Origin: an uncultured Bacteroidota bacterium
GTDB taxonomy: Bacteria; Bacteroidota; Bacteroidia; Bacteroidales; VadinHA17
DNA: 64,000 nt
NCBI GenBank assembly: GCA_903844815.1
Contig: CAIMVD010000267.1
Coordinates: 19,118-83,117, forward strand
Direction: 5' to 3'
Part shown: positions 8,771 through 18,751 of the stretch, one piece after another
Layout of the letters: every line of letters begins with the position of its first letter
Position numbering within the stretch: the stretch's first letter is position 1
Position numbers and translations under genes: made by a program
The notes under the pieces: model-generated
The model's database searches: none
Told to the model about the DNA's origin: nothing
What the model saw: only the letters and a program-made list of their open reading frames with translations

Positions 8771-9862
8771 ATGAAAATCGACCGATTAAATTACGAAATA
8801 TGGCTCATCGACCTACTCGAAGGGAATCTCAGTGAAATCCAGGCTGAACGGGTAAACAATTTCCTTGAACAGAACCCCGATATCAGGGAAGAATTCAATG
8901 ATCTTAAGTTACTCGTCCCGGAACCAGGGAAGGTTGTTTTTAAAAATAAGGACCTTATCAGAAAAACGCCGGCAGAAATTTCTGATTCGCAGTTTGAACT
9001 CCTCTGCTCCGCCTTCCATGAAGGAGACCTCCGGACTGAATCAGTGGCTGAACTAATGGAGATCACGGATTCAGATAATGACAGGAAGAGAACCTTTGAT
9101 CTTATAGGCAAGGTAAAGCTTGTGCCACCTTCAGATGTTTATAAAAATAAACATCGTTTATTCCGGAGAACTCCTCTTCAAAAGATTATCCGTTTGTCAT
9201 ATATAGGGTTATCCTCAGCCGCTGCAATTGCTCTTTTCATAACATTATCTCTTTTAACGTTTCGCTACCTCCATGATAAACCGGAAAATTCGGCAAGAAA
9301 CACTTCATCATACCCCGATACTAAGGAACTCTTTTTCGAAATCCCGGCCGGAAATGTAATCCGGGCTTTCATGGCAGTGACAGTTAAGGAGGAAAACAGA
9401 ACTATCCCGGTTCATATTTATACAACAGAGCTTATTGAATCTGATTCGTTAAATACTGTTGAAAGGGAACCATCCTTACAGGATTTAAAATTAGCTCAGC
9501 TAGCTGGGAAGACTATAACCCTGACGTCAGATCCGGATCTGTTAAAAAGCACAGCCTCCTTTCTGATTCCTTCTAAAACCACTGCGATAATTCCGTCTGA
9601 GGAAATTTATATGAGCAATGTTGAGAGATTCATCACTAAAATATTCAGGGAAAAGGTACTTAGGGAAAAGGTTACAAAGGATACTCCTCTCAAAGGCTAT
9701 GAGCTTGCAGCAGCAGGTGTAGACGGTCTGAACAAGCTTCTTGGATGGGAAATGGCGCTTAATGAGAAGAATAATGAAAACGGCGAATTGGAATCATTAT
9801 ATTTCAGCTCGAAAATCCTGAAATTTAATGCCCCGGTTAAAAAAACATCGGAAGAGCAGTAA
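8771..9862 (+). CDS. putative membrane-anchored anti-sigma factor
   Basis: Starts 3 nt after the sigma stop. The N-terminal cytoplasmic segment (YEIWLIDLLEGNLSEIQAERVNNFLEQNPDIREEF) resembles Bacteroidota anti-sigma N-termini. Single TM helix (IGLSSAAAIALFITLSLLTF). Confidence 0.5.
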   Translation: MKIDRLNYEIWLIDLLEGNLSEIQAERVNNFLEQNPDIREEFNDLKLLVPEPGKVVFKNKDLIRKTPAEISDSQFELLCSAFHEGDLRTESVAELMEITDSDNDRKRTFDLIGKVKLVPPSDVYKNKHRLFRRTPLQKIIRLSYIGLSSAAAIALFITLSLLTFRYLHDKPENSARNTSSYPDTKELFFEIPAGNVIRAFMAVTVKEENRTIPVHIYTTELIESDSLNTVEREPSLQDLKLAQLAGKTITLTSDPDLLKSTASFLIPSKTTAIIPSEEIYMSNVERFITKIFREKVLREKVTKDTPLKGYELAAAGVDGLNKLLGWEMALNEKNNENGELESLYFSSKILKFNAPVKKTSEEQ

Positions 9863-9923
9863 CTTTTGTATTACCATTTTCGTCCCATCACTGAAAATGA
9901 ATAATAACTTTATACTTTAAGAT

Positions 9924-10880
9924 ATGAAAAAGATAATACTGACAATATTAGTCATAGTAATAGCCCTGCAGGGCTTTAACCAGAAAATATCAGCTGCGAA
10001 ACAGGAGCCCAAAAATGCCGAGAAATCACTGAACAAAAAGGATGGCTTATCGGCCAAACTCGAGGCCCTTGAAACAGTAAAATCTGATACCACGCTGAGC
10101 CTGAGAGTAGGAAACCGGAACCTGAATGTACTTGAGTCACTGGAAGGCCCCAAAGTTACATTTAAGAAGGCAGATCCCGAAGAAGATGCAGAGGCAAAGG
10201 AGGATTGGCTGAATCAGGACAGTGAAGATAAGAAGGGGCGTTCCCACAGGAACAGGTTTAAGGGACATTGGACCGGGGTTGAGCTCGGCTTCAATAATTA
10301 TATAGGATCTGACAACAGCGTTGTACTGCCCGACGAGATCAACTACATGACCTTGCATTCCGGCAAATCGACAAATTTCTCAATAAACTTTGCGCAGTTA
10401 AGCCTCGGTTTTTCACAGCATACCGGTCTTGTTACCGGTCTGGGAATTAACTGGAATAACTATAAGTTCGACGGGAACAACAACCTGGTAAAAGGTCAGA
10501 ACGGAGTCATTGAAGAACTGGATCCGGGAACTCCGCTTGAGAAGTCCAAACTTGCCACCATCTATATGACAGTGCCTCTTTTATTTGAATTTCAAATACC
10601 TGTTGAAAATCACAGCCTCAATATGGCCTTTGGAGGAATTGGTGCCCTGAAACTTGATTCCCACTCAAAAATGGTGTATCAGGATGGGAATAAGGTGAAG
10701 TCGCACGGAGATTTCAGCCTTAACATTGCGCGTTACGGATTAACGGCCCGTGCGGGTTACGGGAACTTTCAGCTTTACGGAACCTATTATATGAAACCAT
10801 TATTCCAGACCGGAAAAAGCCCTTCGGGATATGAACTTTTCCCCTGTGAGCTGGGAATCGCCTTCACATTCAACGATTAA
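9924..10880 (+). CDS. outer-membrane beta-barrel protein (PorT/OMP_b-brl_2-like)
   Basis: Signal peptide MKKIILTILVIVIALQG. The C-terminal two thirds shows alternating aromatic/glycine beta-strand patterns and ends in an aromatic-rich strand (LGIAFTFND). Confidence 0.5.
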   Translation: MKKIILTILVIVIALQGFNQKISAAKQEPKNAEKSLNKKDGLSAKLEALETVKSDTTLSLRVGNRNLNVLESLEGPKVTFKKADPEEDAEAKEDWLNQDSEDKKGRSHRNRFKGHWTGVELGFNNYIGSDNSVVLPDEINYMTLHSGKSTNFSINFAQLSLGFSQHTGLVTGLGINWNNYKFDGNNNLVKGQNGVIEELDPGTPLEKSKLATIYMTVPLLFEFQIPVENHSLNMAFGGIGALKLDSHSKMVYQDGNKVKSHGDFSLNIARYGLTARAGYGNFQLYGTYYMKPLFQTGKSPSGYELFPCELGIAFTFND

Positions 10881-10904
10881 TATAATTCCACGTTTTATTT
10901 CAGA

Positions 10905-10938
10905 GCAGAGACGGCCGGTTAGCCGTCTCTGCCTTTTT
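10905..10938 (+). terminator. rho-independent terminator of the sigma/anti-sigma/OMP operon
   Basis: Perfect 11-bp stem GCAGAGACGGC / GCCGTCTCTGC with a 6-nt loop, followed by CTTTTT. It lies 25 nt after the stop at 10880. Confidence 0.75.
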
Positions 10939-10965
10939 AATGTTGCTCCATGAATCCCAATGAAT

Positions 10966-10973
10966 TATATTTG
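10966..10973 (+). promoter_or_regulatory. Bacteroidota -7 box (TAnnTTTG)
   Basis: TATATTTG, 22 nt upstream of the ATG at 10996. Confidence 0.45.
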
Positions 10974-10995
10974 CATTACACAACTAGCATTTTAG

Positions 10996-11790
10996 ATGGA
11001 AAGCAGTATTTTATCCACAAGGGAATTACGGCGGTACAAAAAACAGATTATGCTCCCTGAAATAGGGGTCGACGGACAGAATAAGATTCGTCAGTCAAAG
11101 GTTCTTGTAGTCGGGGCAGGTGGTTTGGGGTGCCCGGTACTGCAATACCTTGCTGCGGCGGGAATAGGAAAGATCGGAATCATTGAGTTCGATATGGTCG
11201 ATGAATCGAACCTCCAGCGACAGGTTTTGTACGGCTCTTCTGACGTTGGAAAACTTAAATCAATAATTGCAAAAAACCGGCTTGAACAACTATCCCTGAA
11301 GGGTGAAATTGAGATATTCAACCTGCGTCTGGGTGTATCAAATGCTCTCAGAATCCTGAACGACTTTGATATTATTGTCGATGCAACAGATAACCTCGAT
11401 ACCCGTTATCTTATTAATGATTCCTGTGTGATCCTCGGAAAGCCTATGGTGCACGGTGCCATTTATAAATATGAAGGAATGGTTTCTGTTTTCAATTACC
11501 TTGACGGAGCTACCTATAGATGCTACAACCCTCACCCGGGAGGAAAAGCTTTCCGCAACCCGCCCCCTGCAGAGGTGGGGCTATTCGGAGTTCTTCCCGG
11601 AATTACCGGTACCTACATGGCAAACGAAGTGATTAAAGTAGTAACCGGTTCCGGTGAGGTGCTGACCAATAAAGTACTTTTAATTAATATTTTTTATAAT
11701 ACTTTCCGAACTTTTAATGTAAATAACATCCCTGAAAATCACAATATCAAAGATTTAAGTTATTTAATCAACCAAAATAAGGAACAATAA
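10996..11790 (+). CDS. HesA/MoeB/ThiF family E1-like adenylyltransferase
   Basis: 264 aa. RYKKQIMLPEIGVDGQNKIRQSKVLVVGAGGLGCPVLQYLAAAGIG nucleotide-binding fold, then DATDNLDTRYLIND. No rhodanese domain, and only a single Cys where MoeB has its first CxxC. Confidence 0.8.
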   Translation: MESSILSTRELRRYKKQIMLPEIGVDGQNKIRQSKVLVVGAGGLGCPVLQYLAAAGIGKIGIIEFDMVDESNLQRQVLYGSSDVGKLKSIIAKNRLEQLSLKGEIEIFNLRLGVSNALRILNDFDIIVDATDNLDTRYLINDSCVILGKPMVHGAIYKYEGMVSVFNYLDGATYRCYNPHPGGKAFRNPPPAEVGLFGVLPGITGTYMANEVIKVVTGSGEVLTNKVLLINIFYNTFRTFNVNNIPENHNIKDLSYLINQNKEQ

Positions 11791-11792
11791 CA

Positions 11793-12500
11793 ATGAGATT
11801 ACTACTTATAAGCAATTCGACGAATCCCGGAGAACCTTACCTTGATTATCCAAAAAATAACATCAGGGATTTTCTTGGAAAAGAACCCGTTAAGGCACTT
11901 TTCATTCCCTATGCCGCCGTTACTTTTTCGTATGATCAGTACGAAGAAAAAGTATCGGAAAGGTTCCGGGAGATCGGACATGATATAATTTCCATCCATC
12001 ATTTTGACAATCCTGTTGAAGCTGTACTTAATGCAAGTGCAATAGTTGTCGGTGGTGGTAACACTTGGATGCTGCTCAGAATGATTCTCGATAAGAAACT
12101 GACTGGTCCGGTCAGGGAGAAAGTTCTTTCCGGTACGCCCTACATAGGCTGGAGCGCCGGGTCGAATTTAGCCTGCCCCACAATCAGGACAACGAACGAT
12201 ATGCCGGTAGCTGAACCGGAATCCTTTGATGCCTTTAACCTGATACCATTCCAGATTAATCCCCATTACCTCGATTCTAACCCCGAAGGACATGCCGGCG
12301 AAACAAGGGAACAGAGAATTGAGGAGTTCATTGAAGTAAATCCTGGTCTTTTTGTAGCAGGACTCAGGGAGGGCACAATGCTTCTCCTTGAAGAGGACAG
12401 GCTGAGGCTATACGGTAATCGCAACATAAGAGTATTCAGAAAAGGATCACCTCCTCTGGAGATTGGTCCCGATAAGGATCTCTCTTTCCTTCTCAGGTAA
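11793..12500 (+). CDS. pepE: dipeptidase E (peptidase family S51)
   Basis: 235 aa. MRLLLISNS start, GGGNTWMLL, and the nucleophile context GWSAGSN, all typical of PepE. Confidence 0.8.
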   Translation: MRLLLISNSTNPGEPYLDYPKNNIRDFLGKEPVKALFIPYAAVTFSYDQYEEKVSERFREIGHDIISIHHFDNPVEAVLNASAIVVGGGNTWMLLRMILDKKLTGPVREKVLSGTPYIGWSAGSNLACPTIRTTNDMPVAEPESFDAFNLIPFQINPHYLDSNPEGHAGETREQRIEEFIEVNPGLFVAGLREGTMLLLEEDRLRLYGNRNIRVFRKGSPPLEIGPDKDLSFLLR

Positions 12501-12585
12501 AATTTTTTTCGGTGAAATAGATTAAATTTGCCGGTCGGTCAGGCTTAAGCATGACGTACTTTTCGAATAATTTAATTATCTGGTT

Positions 12586-15183
12586 GTGAAGATACTGAAA
12601 ATCTGTGCAATACTGATATTTTCCATATCGGTTTTGCTTTTCTCGGCTTCGTTAATTCTTAAGGATAAGGTTGCGGGCATGATCCTCAGTTCGCTGAATA
12701 AAAATCTATCAACGAAGGTTGATGTCGGTTCCTTCAGACTATCCTTTTTTAAGAGATTCCCCAAGGCATCTGTTCAGATGAAGAATGTCGTAGTCCATTC
12801 AACAAAGGGTTTTAAAAACACTGTTTTCCCGGGTAATAATGGTGATACGCTTCTTAAAGCCCGGTTTGTTTCAGCTGACTTCAGTATTTCAGATATCTTC
12901 AGGGGCAATTATAATATCGACAGGATCACGGCAAAGGAGGGAAGGGCAAACCTGTTCTGCGACACCACGGGAAATGTTAATTATCAGATAACTTATAACA
13001 GCACAACACAGGCTACCGGAGAAATCGCAATCAATCTTGAAAAAATATCATTAACGAACATAGACGTCAATTATAATGATCTGTCGGACAATATTATAAT
13101 ACTGGGAATAGTAAAAAATGGCAGGATCAAAACCAGAATATATGGTAATAAAATTGACTTTGATACGGATGCTGAAGTTAAGATAAGCCGGCTGCAGGCA
13201 CCGGATTTTACAATATCAAGAGATATTGAAGGCAAACTAAACATGGCTCTTCAGAGTTCCGATAAAGGAATCGCTTTTAAAAAAGGAACTATGCGGATAA
13301 AGGATTATGATCTTAATATTTCAGGGATTGTAGATCCCGGAAAGAACATAGACCTTCAGATCACAGCACATAATTTCAACATTTCAGATATTATCGATTA
13401 TCTGCCGGCGAGAATACAGGAGGAGGCATCACCTTATAAACCGGAAGGAAACCTTGCTTTTAACTGCTTGATAAAAGGACCTCTAACTAAATCATCTTCA
13501 CCTCACATTGAGGTGTCCTGCCTTCTTAAAAAAGGCAAAATATCCTATGGTAAATCAAATATTTCAATTAGCGATCTATCCTTTTCCGGCTCCTATTCAA
13601 ACGGACCCGGCAACAGGACCGAAACCGGTTTTGCAACTATTAACGACATTAGGGCTAAAGTGGGTTCGGCTGAATATACCGGATCTTTCTCAATGCGAGG
13701 GTTCGACACTCCGCAGGTGATTCTTACTCTTAAAGGAAAGATAATCCCTGCCGAATTGAAAGAGTTTTTTGCTCTTGATGATATTTCACCAGTCGGTGGT
13801 TCTGCTGATTTAGATGTAAAAATCGATGCCGTTCTGAGCCATAAGGCTAATTTCTCCCTTCAGGATATTATCGATCTTAAACCACAGGCACATATAGTCT
13901 TCCACGATTTTACGGCAGGATCGGTCAGGAAGAATCTGGTCATCGAACACGTTGAAGGGGCTTTGTCAGGCGGAGAATCGATAACGGCTGATAACCTGCA
14001 GTTTATCTATAAAGGACAAAAAATAAAAGTCAGCGGGGAGTTTATAAACCTCCCGGAATGGATCGCCGGCAATCCTGTTCGGCTCAGGGCAAATGCAGAT
14101 GTGGAATTTCGAATGTTCAACCCCGAAACCTTCCTCTCCGCCTCAACGGATGCCACAACTCCGGAAAAGGGAGCTTTTTTGCTGCCTGATGACCTCGATC
14201 TTGATATCACATTTAAGATAGATTCCCTGAAATACAAAACATTTTCATCGGCAGAAATAACCGGCAGGCTAAATTACTCCCCCGGAATATTGACCTTTAG
14301 TTCCTTTAAAATGCGATCATTAAAAGGCATTATCTCAGGCAATGGTTTCCTTGTTCAGAATAGCAGCAGAGCCTTCAACTCCAAGGGCACCTTCAATGTA
14401 ACCCGTATTGACATTAACAAGGCTTTCACCTCATTCAACAATTTCGGACAAACATTCATAAAGGCGGAGAACCTAGCAGGTTTGATTTCCGGATCGGTAT
14501 CAATGATACTGCCGATGGATTCGCTTCTGAACCCGGCAATTAAATCAGTCTCAGCAGAAGGAAGCTTTGTTCTGGAAAAAGGTGCCCTGGTGAATTTTGA
14601 ACCCGTAAAGGAACTCTCATCATTCATTGAGTTATCCGAACTTGAAAACATCAGCATCGACAGGATGGAAAATGATTTTTTCATCCGGAATAATTTTTTC
14701 TATATTCCCCAAATGGATGTCAAGTCGTCTGCTGCAAACCTTTCAGTAAATGGGAAACACGATTTTGACAACAACTATGAATATCACATAAAGATGCTCT
14801 TGTCGGAGATTTTGAGCAAGAAAAGAAAGAAGAACCACAACAATGTTACTGAGTTCGGAGTTGTTGAAGACGATGGCCTCGGACGGACCTCACTCCTGCT
14901 GAAGGTTGAAGGCAAAGGGGAAATAGTTAAGGTAGGATATGACGTTAAAGCAGCAGGCTCAACACTTAAGAACAACATAAAAAAAGAGCGTCAGACACTC
15001 AAGACCATTCTTAATGAGGAGTACGGTTGGTATAAAAGTGATACTTCAGCAGCAAAGAAGCCTCAGGCTAAAAAGCAACGGTTCAAAATACAGTGGGATG
15101 GAAACACCAATACTGAACCCGTGACTGAAACTTCAAAAACAAAAAACAAAGCTTCCGGAAAAATACCCCCAAACCAGCAATGA
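12586..15183 (+). CDS. AsmA-family outer-membrane assembly/lipid-transport-like protein
   Basis: 865 aa. N-terminal membrane anchor, then a long repetitive beta-rich body and a basic, low-complexity C-terminus. GTG start. The call rests on architecture only. Confidence 0.55.
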   Translation: MKILKICAILIFSISVLLFSASLILKDKVAGMILSSLNKNLSTKVDVGSFRLSFFKRFPKASVQMKNVVVHSTKGFKNTVFPGNNGDTLLKARFVSADFSISDIFRGNYNIDRITAKEGRANLFCDTTGNVNYQITYNSTTQATGEIAINLEKISLTNIDVNYNDLSDNIIILGIVKNGRIKTRIYGNKIDFDTDAEVKISRLQAPDFTISRDIEGKLNMALQSSDKGIAFKKGTMRIKDYDLNISGIVDPGKNIDLQITAHNFNISDIIDYLPARIQEEASPYKPEGNLAFNCLIKGPLTKSSSPHIEVSCLLKKGKISYGKSNISISDLSFSGSYSNGPGNRTETGFATINDIRAKVGSAEYTGSFSMRGFDTPQVILTLKGKIIPAELKEFFALDDISPVGGSADLDVKIDAVLSHKANFSLQDIIDLKPQAHIVFHDFTAGSVRKNLVIEHVEGALSGGESITADNLQFIYKGQKIKVSGEFINLPEWIAGNPVRLRANADVEFRMFNPETFLSASTDATTPEKGAFLLPDDLDLDITFKIDSLKYKTFSSAEITGRLNYSPGILTFSSFKMRSLKGIISGNGFLVQNSSRAFNSKGTFNVTRIDINKAFTSFNNFGQTFIKAENLAGLISGSVSMILPMDSLLNPAIKSVSAEGSFVLEKGALVNFEPVKELSSFIELSELENISIDRMENDFFIRNNFFYIPQMDVKSSAANLSVNGKHDFDNNYEYHIKMLLSEILSKKRKKNHNNVTEFGVVEDDGLGRTSLLLKVEGKGEIVKVGYDVKAAGSTLKNNIKKERQTLKTILNEEYGWYKSDTSAAKKPQAKKQRFKIQWDGNTNTEPVTETSKTKNKASGKIPPNQQ

Positions 15184-15214
15184 CAGTAAACGAATTTTAC
15201 TTTTTCCCGATAAA

Positions 15215-16372
15215 TTGAATATTTCCCGTCATAAGAATCTATGGAAGTTTTTCCTTCTGCTGTTTGCGGTATTTATCGGAATGGGATCGCTATTTTATAC
15301 AAGTTCTGTTGTAAAGAAACTTAAAACCGAGGAGAGAAAAAACGTCGAACTGTGGGCTGAAGCAACAAGATTGATTTCACTTTCCGATTCAAGCCAAAAT
15401 GTCGAATTTCTTTATACAATTATTGAAAACAATAATACAGTCCCGGTAATTCTTACTGATGAGGCTGACAGTATTATATCAACCAGGAATTTTGATGAGC
15501 GAAAATCGAGTGATTACGTCTACATAAGGAAAAAACTTGAACAGATCAAGGAAAAAAACAAACCAATAATAAATAATCTTGAAAACGGCCACTACAACCT
15601 GATCTATTACAAGGACAGCACAATACTGCGTATGCTTACATTTTATCCCTACATTCAGCTGGGAATTATTGTGCTTTTCATCCTGGTCTCATACCTTGCC
15701 TTCAGTTCATCGAGGAAAGCAGAACAGAATCAGGTATGGGTCGGAATGTCAAAGGAAACAGCACATCAACTCGGTACTCCAACCTCATCGCTTGCCGGCT
15801 GGATTGAGATAATGCAGCATAAATACCCTGATATTACAATTACAAGGGAACTCGCACGCGATGTGGAGAGGCTTGAAAAAATAACTGAAAGATTCTCCCG
15901 CATTGGTTCCAAACCTGCACTATCAGATGAGAATATCATTGTAATAATCACCAGAACAATAGATTATCTTAAATTGAGAACTTCATCCAAAGTCCATTTC
16001 AGGATGGACTTCAATGCTTCTAAAGTGGTTATCATTCCATTAAACTCAGCACTTTTTGAATGGGTAATTGAGAATGTCGTAAAGAATGCCATTGACGCTA
16101 TGGAAGGCAGCGGAGAGCTAATCGTAAATGTCACCGAGACTGATAAGACCGCCATTGTCGACATTCTGGATACCGGCAGGGGGATTCCAAAATCATCTTT
16201 CAAGAAAATTTTCAACCCGGGCTATACAACACGAAAAAGAGGCTGGGGCCTTGGGCTTTCTCTGGCAAAACGTATAATTGAAGAGTACCATAACGGCCGT
16301 ATTTTCGTCAGGAATTCAGAGTTGGGCATTGGTTCGTGCATGAGGATCATCATGAACAAGGATAGAATATAA
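15215..16372 (+). CDS. two-TM sensor histidine kinase
   Basis: 385 aa with a TTG start. H-box ETAHQLGTPTSSL. N-box VVKNAIDAM. G-boxes DTGRGI and GWGLGLS. Confidence 0.8.
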   Translation: MNISRHKNLWKFFLLLFAVFIGMGSLFYTSSVVKKLKTEERKNVELWAEATRLISLSDSSQNVEFLYTIIENNNTVPVILTDEADSIISTRNFDERKSSDYVYIRKKLEQIKEKNKPIINNLENGHYNLIYYKDSTILRMLTFYPYIQLGIIVLFILVSYLAFSSSRKAEQNQVWVGMSKETAHQLGTPTSSLAGWIEIMQHKYPDITITRELARDVERLEKITERFSRIGSKPALSDENIIVIITRTIDYLKLRTSSKVHFRMDFNASKVVIIPLNSALFEWVIENVVKNAIDAMEGSGELIVNVTETDKTAIVDILDTGRGIPKSSFKKIFNPGYTTRKRGWGLGLSLAKRIIEEYHNGRIFVRNSELGIGSCMRIIMNKDRI

Positions 16373-16376
16373 TCGC

Positions 16377-16384
16377 TATATTTG
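16377..16384 (+). promoter_or_regulatory. Bacteroidota -7 box (TAnnTTTG)
   Basis: TATATTTG, 10 nt upstream of ATG 16394. This implies a very short leader. Confidence 0.35.
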
Positions 16385-16393
16385 CAGCCCTTT

Positions 16394-17650
16394 ATGAAAA
16401 GAAACGAGATTGAAATTATGGCTCCTGCAGGATCATATGAATCGCTTATGGCAGCGATTCAGGGCGGAGCTGATGCTGTCTACTTCGGAGTGGAACAGTT
16501 AAATATGAGGGCTGCTTCTTCGAATAATTTTACAATTGATGACCTCCGCAATATTGCATCGATATGCAGGGAAAAAGGGCTCAGGAGCTATCTTACCCTT
16601 AATGTTGTTGTATACGACAGCGAGATGGAACAAATGAAAAGGATAGTCGATGCTGCATCCGGTTGCGGCATATCCGCGGTAATAGCTTCAGACCTTTCAG
16701 TTATTAAATATGCCTATGCCTCGGGTATGGAAGTCCACCTTTCAACCCAGCTTAATATTACAAATACCGATGCTCTTGAATTCTACTCCCGATGGGCCGA
16801 TGTTGCTGTTCTGGCGCGCGAATTAAATCTTGACCAGGTTAAGCGTATCAGTGAGAGTATCAGGGAGCAGAATATCAGGGGCCCTAAGGGAGAACTTGTG
16901 AGGCTCGAGATGTTTGTACACGGAGCACTTTGCATGGCTGTCTCGGGAAAATGCTATTTAAGCCTCCATGAGAACAATAAATCGGCAAACAGGGGCGAGT
17001 GTTACCAGACCTGCCGCAAGTCATATATAGCAACCGGAAAAGAGTCTGGCTATGAACTTGAGATAGACAACGAATATATAATGTCGCCTAAAGACCTGTG
17101 CACGATAGGGTTTATCGACAAGCTCATCGACGCCGGAGTTACAGTACTTAAAATTGAAGGCAGGGCGAGGTCGGCCGAATATGTTAAAGAAGTCTCTTCG
17201 TGTTATAGTGAGGCTGTAACCTCTATTGAGAACGGGACCTTTAGCAGGGAAAAGACCGATGCCTGGCGTGAACGGCTGGCAACTGTTTTTAACAGGGGAT
17301 TCTGGGATGGTTATTATCTCGGACAAAAAATGGGTGAATGGAATTCAAATTATGGCTCAAGCGCCACAAAAAGAAAGCTTTACATAGGAAAAATTACGAA
17401 TTACTTTACTAAGATAGATGTTGCCGAAATAAAGCTCGAAAACGGTGACCTGAACAAAGGAGATACAATTCTGATTACAGGTCCCACCACAGGGGTTATC
17501 GAGTATCTTGTTGATGAAATAAGGGTTGACCTGAATGTGACTGAAACAGCGAGGAAAGGAGAGCTATGTTCTGTGAAGACCACTGAGATTCTAAGGCGCT
17601 CCGACAAGGTTTACAAATGGGTTGATCACAGTGAAATCAGGACCCAGTAA
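16394..17650 (+). CDS. peptidase U32 family protein (YegQ/TrhP-, RlhA-, UbiU/V-like Fe-S hydroxylase family)
   Basis: MKRNEIEIMAPAG start typical of U32. Conserved Cys cluster CMAVSGKCYLS...ANRGECYQTCR. The ORF track starts at TTG 16382, but ATG 16394 is preferred. Confidence 0.8.
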   Translation: MKRNEIEIMAPAGSYESLMAAIQGGADAVYFGVEQLNMRAASSNNFTIDDLRNIASICREKGLRSYLTLNVVVYDSEMEQMKRIVDAASGCGISAVIASDLSVIKYAYASGMEVHLSTQLNITNTDALEFYSRWADVAVLARELNLDQVKRISESIREQNIRGPKGELVRLEMFVHGALCMAVSGKCYLSLHENNKSANRGECYQTCRKSYIATGKESGYELEIDNEYIMSPKDLCTIGFIDKLIDAGVTVLKIEGRARSAEYVKEVSSCYSEAVTSIENGTFSREKTDAWRERLATVFNRGFWDGYYLGQKMGEWNSNYGSSATKRKLYIGKITNYFTKIDVAEIKLENGDLNKGDTILITGPTTGVIEYLVDEIRVDLNVTETARKGELCSVKTTEILRRSDKVYKWVDHSEIRTQ

Positions 17651-18695
17651 AGCCGGCCTTTATCCAGTCGATCCGGCCGGCAGCTTCCAGGACTTTTGAT
17701 GTGTTTATTTCAATATCATCAGTATCGGTTTCGACTGTAATTATTTTACTTTCGCTTTTCTTCTTTAAACCGAACATATAAGCTTTGTCGTAATAAATAA
17801 GCGTTATCCCTATAGCCTTTGCAAAGTCACCTTTGTCAATAGCCTCAAGTGCATCCCTTGTATTATCGCCTCCCAGTCTTTTTGAAATTCTCATAACAGA
17901 ATCTTTCAGGGTTTCCGGAGGAAATACGGAATACTCTTCCAGGAGTCTGGGCAGACGCGTCTGAATATCCATTACCAAAAGAATTGTATCCGAAACCTGC
18001 ATGTTGGCATAAAAAGGGTCAGGTAAAAAAACAGAACCAATGTTTCTGCTTTCATCCTCAAGCCAGAAAGGAGTCTCCGGTTTAATACAAATCCATTCTT
18101 CATAAAGGAGGTTTGCAAAATGTTCGGTGGTTGGCTGGGGCAACTGACCAAGTGATCCGAATGCCGAGCCTTTGTGGTTTGCAAGCCCTTCAAGATCAAT
18201 AACCGGGTTGCCGGCTTTTCTCAGGTTTCTGAGAATATGTGTTTTGCTGCTGCCTGTCATCCCTCCCAGAATAATCATCTTTCGTTTTTGGGAAAGCTTT
18301 TCAAGGATATGATTACGATACTTCTTATAACCGCCTTCCAGTACAATCGCTTCAATACCTCCGAGGGAAAAAAGCCATGCCATGGCTTCCGATCTCATTC
18401 CTCCCCGCCAGCAATGAACCAGAAGCTTTCCTTCATGGGCCAGATCTAGGGCCTTTTCTAGTTTGGAGGAGATTGAAGGGCCAATCCGTTTCAAGCCTTC
18501 CTTGATCGCGGGATTCCTTCCTTCCTTTTTATATTTTATACCAACAGCTTCTCTTTCATTATCGTCAAAAAGCGGAATATTTACAGCCCCCGGGATATGG
18601 CCGTTTAGAAATTCTCCGGGCGATCTGACATCTGCTACAGGTAACTGGCCTGCAAGATCCAGGAATTCCTCCACTCCCACTATTTTGACAGCCAT
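17637..18695 (-). CDS. mnmH: tRNA 2-selenouridine(34) synthase
   Basis: 352 aa. N-terminal rhodanese domain with active-site loop HCWRGGMRS, followed by P-loop GGMTGSSKT. This architecture is diagnostic of MnmH/SelU. Confidence 0.8.
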   Translation of the reverse strand: MAVKIVGVEEFLDLAGQLPVADVRSPGEFLNGHIPGAVNIPLFDDNEREAVGIKYKKEGRNPAIKEGLKRIGPSISSKLEKALDLAHEGKLLVHCWRGGMRSEAMAWLFSLGGIEAIVLEGGYKKYRNHILEKLSQKRKMIILGGMTGSSKTHILRNLRKAGNPVIDLEGLANHKGSAFGSLGQLPQPTTEHFANLLYEEWICIKPETPFWLEDESRNIGSVFLPDPFYANMQVSDTILLVMDIQTRLPRLLEEYSVFPPETLKDSVMRISKRLGGDNTRDALEAIDKGDFAKAIGITLIYYDKAYMFGLKKKSESKIITVETDTDDIEINTSKVLEAAGRIDWIKAGFTGS

Positions 18696-18751
18696 TATTT
18701 CAGATTCTTGGGTGTTTGATTTTTAGTATAAGGCAGAGTAGTTGCAAGAAG

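Noticed and set aside
10940-12500. A microcin C-like system: a ThiF/MccB-like adenylating enzyme plus peptidase, with a 7-codon mini-ORF (MLLHESQ) upstream.
   Set aside because: The E1 lacks the N-terminal peptide-clamp extension of MccB and begins like ordinary MoeB. The mini-ORF does not end in Asn and overlaps the terminator/promoter. There is no exporter or immunity gene.
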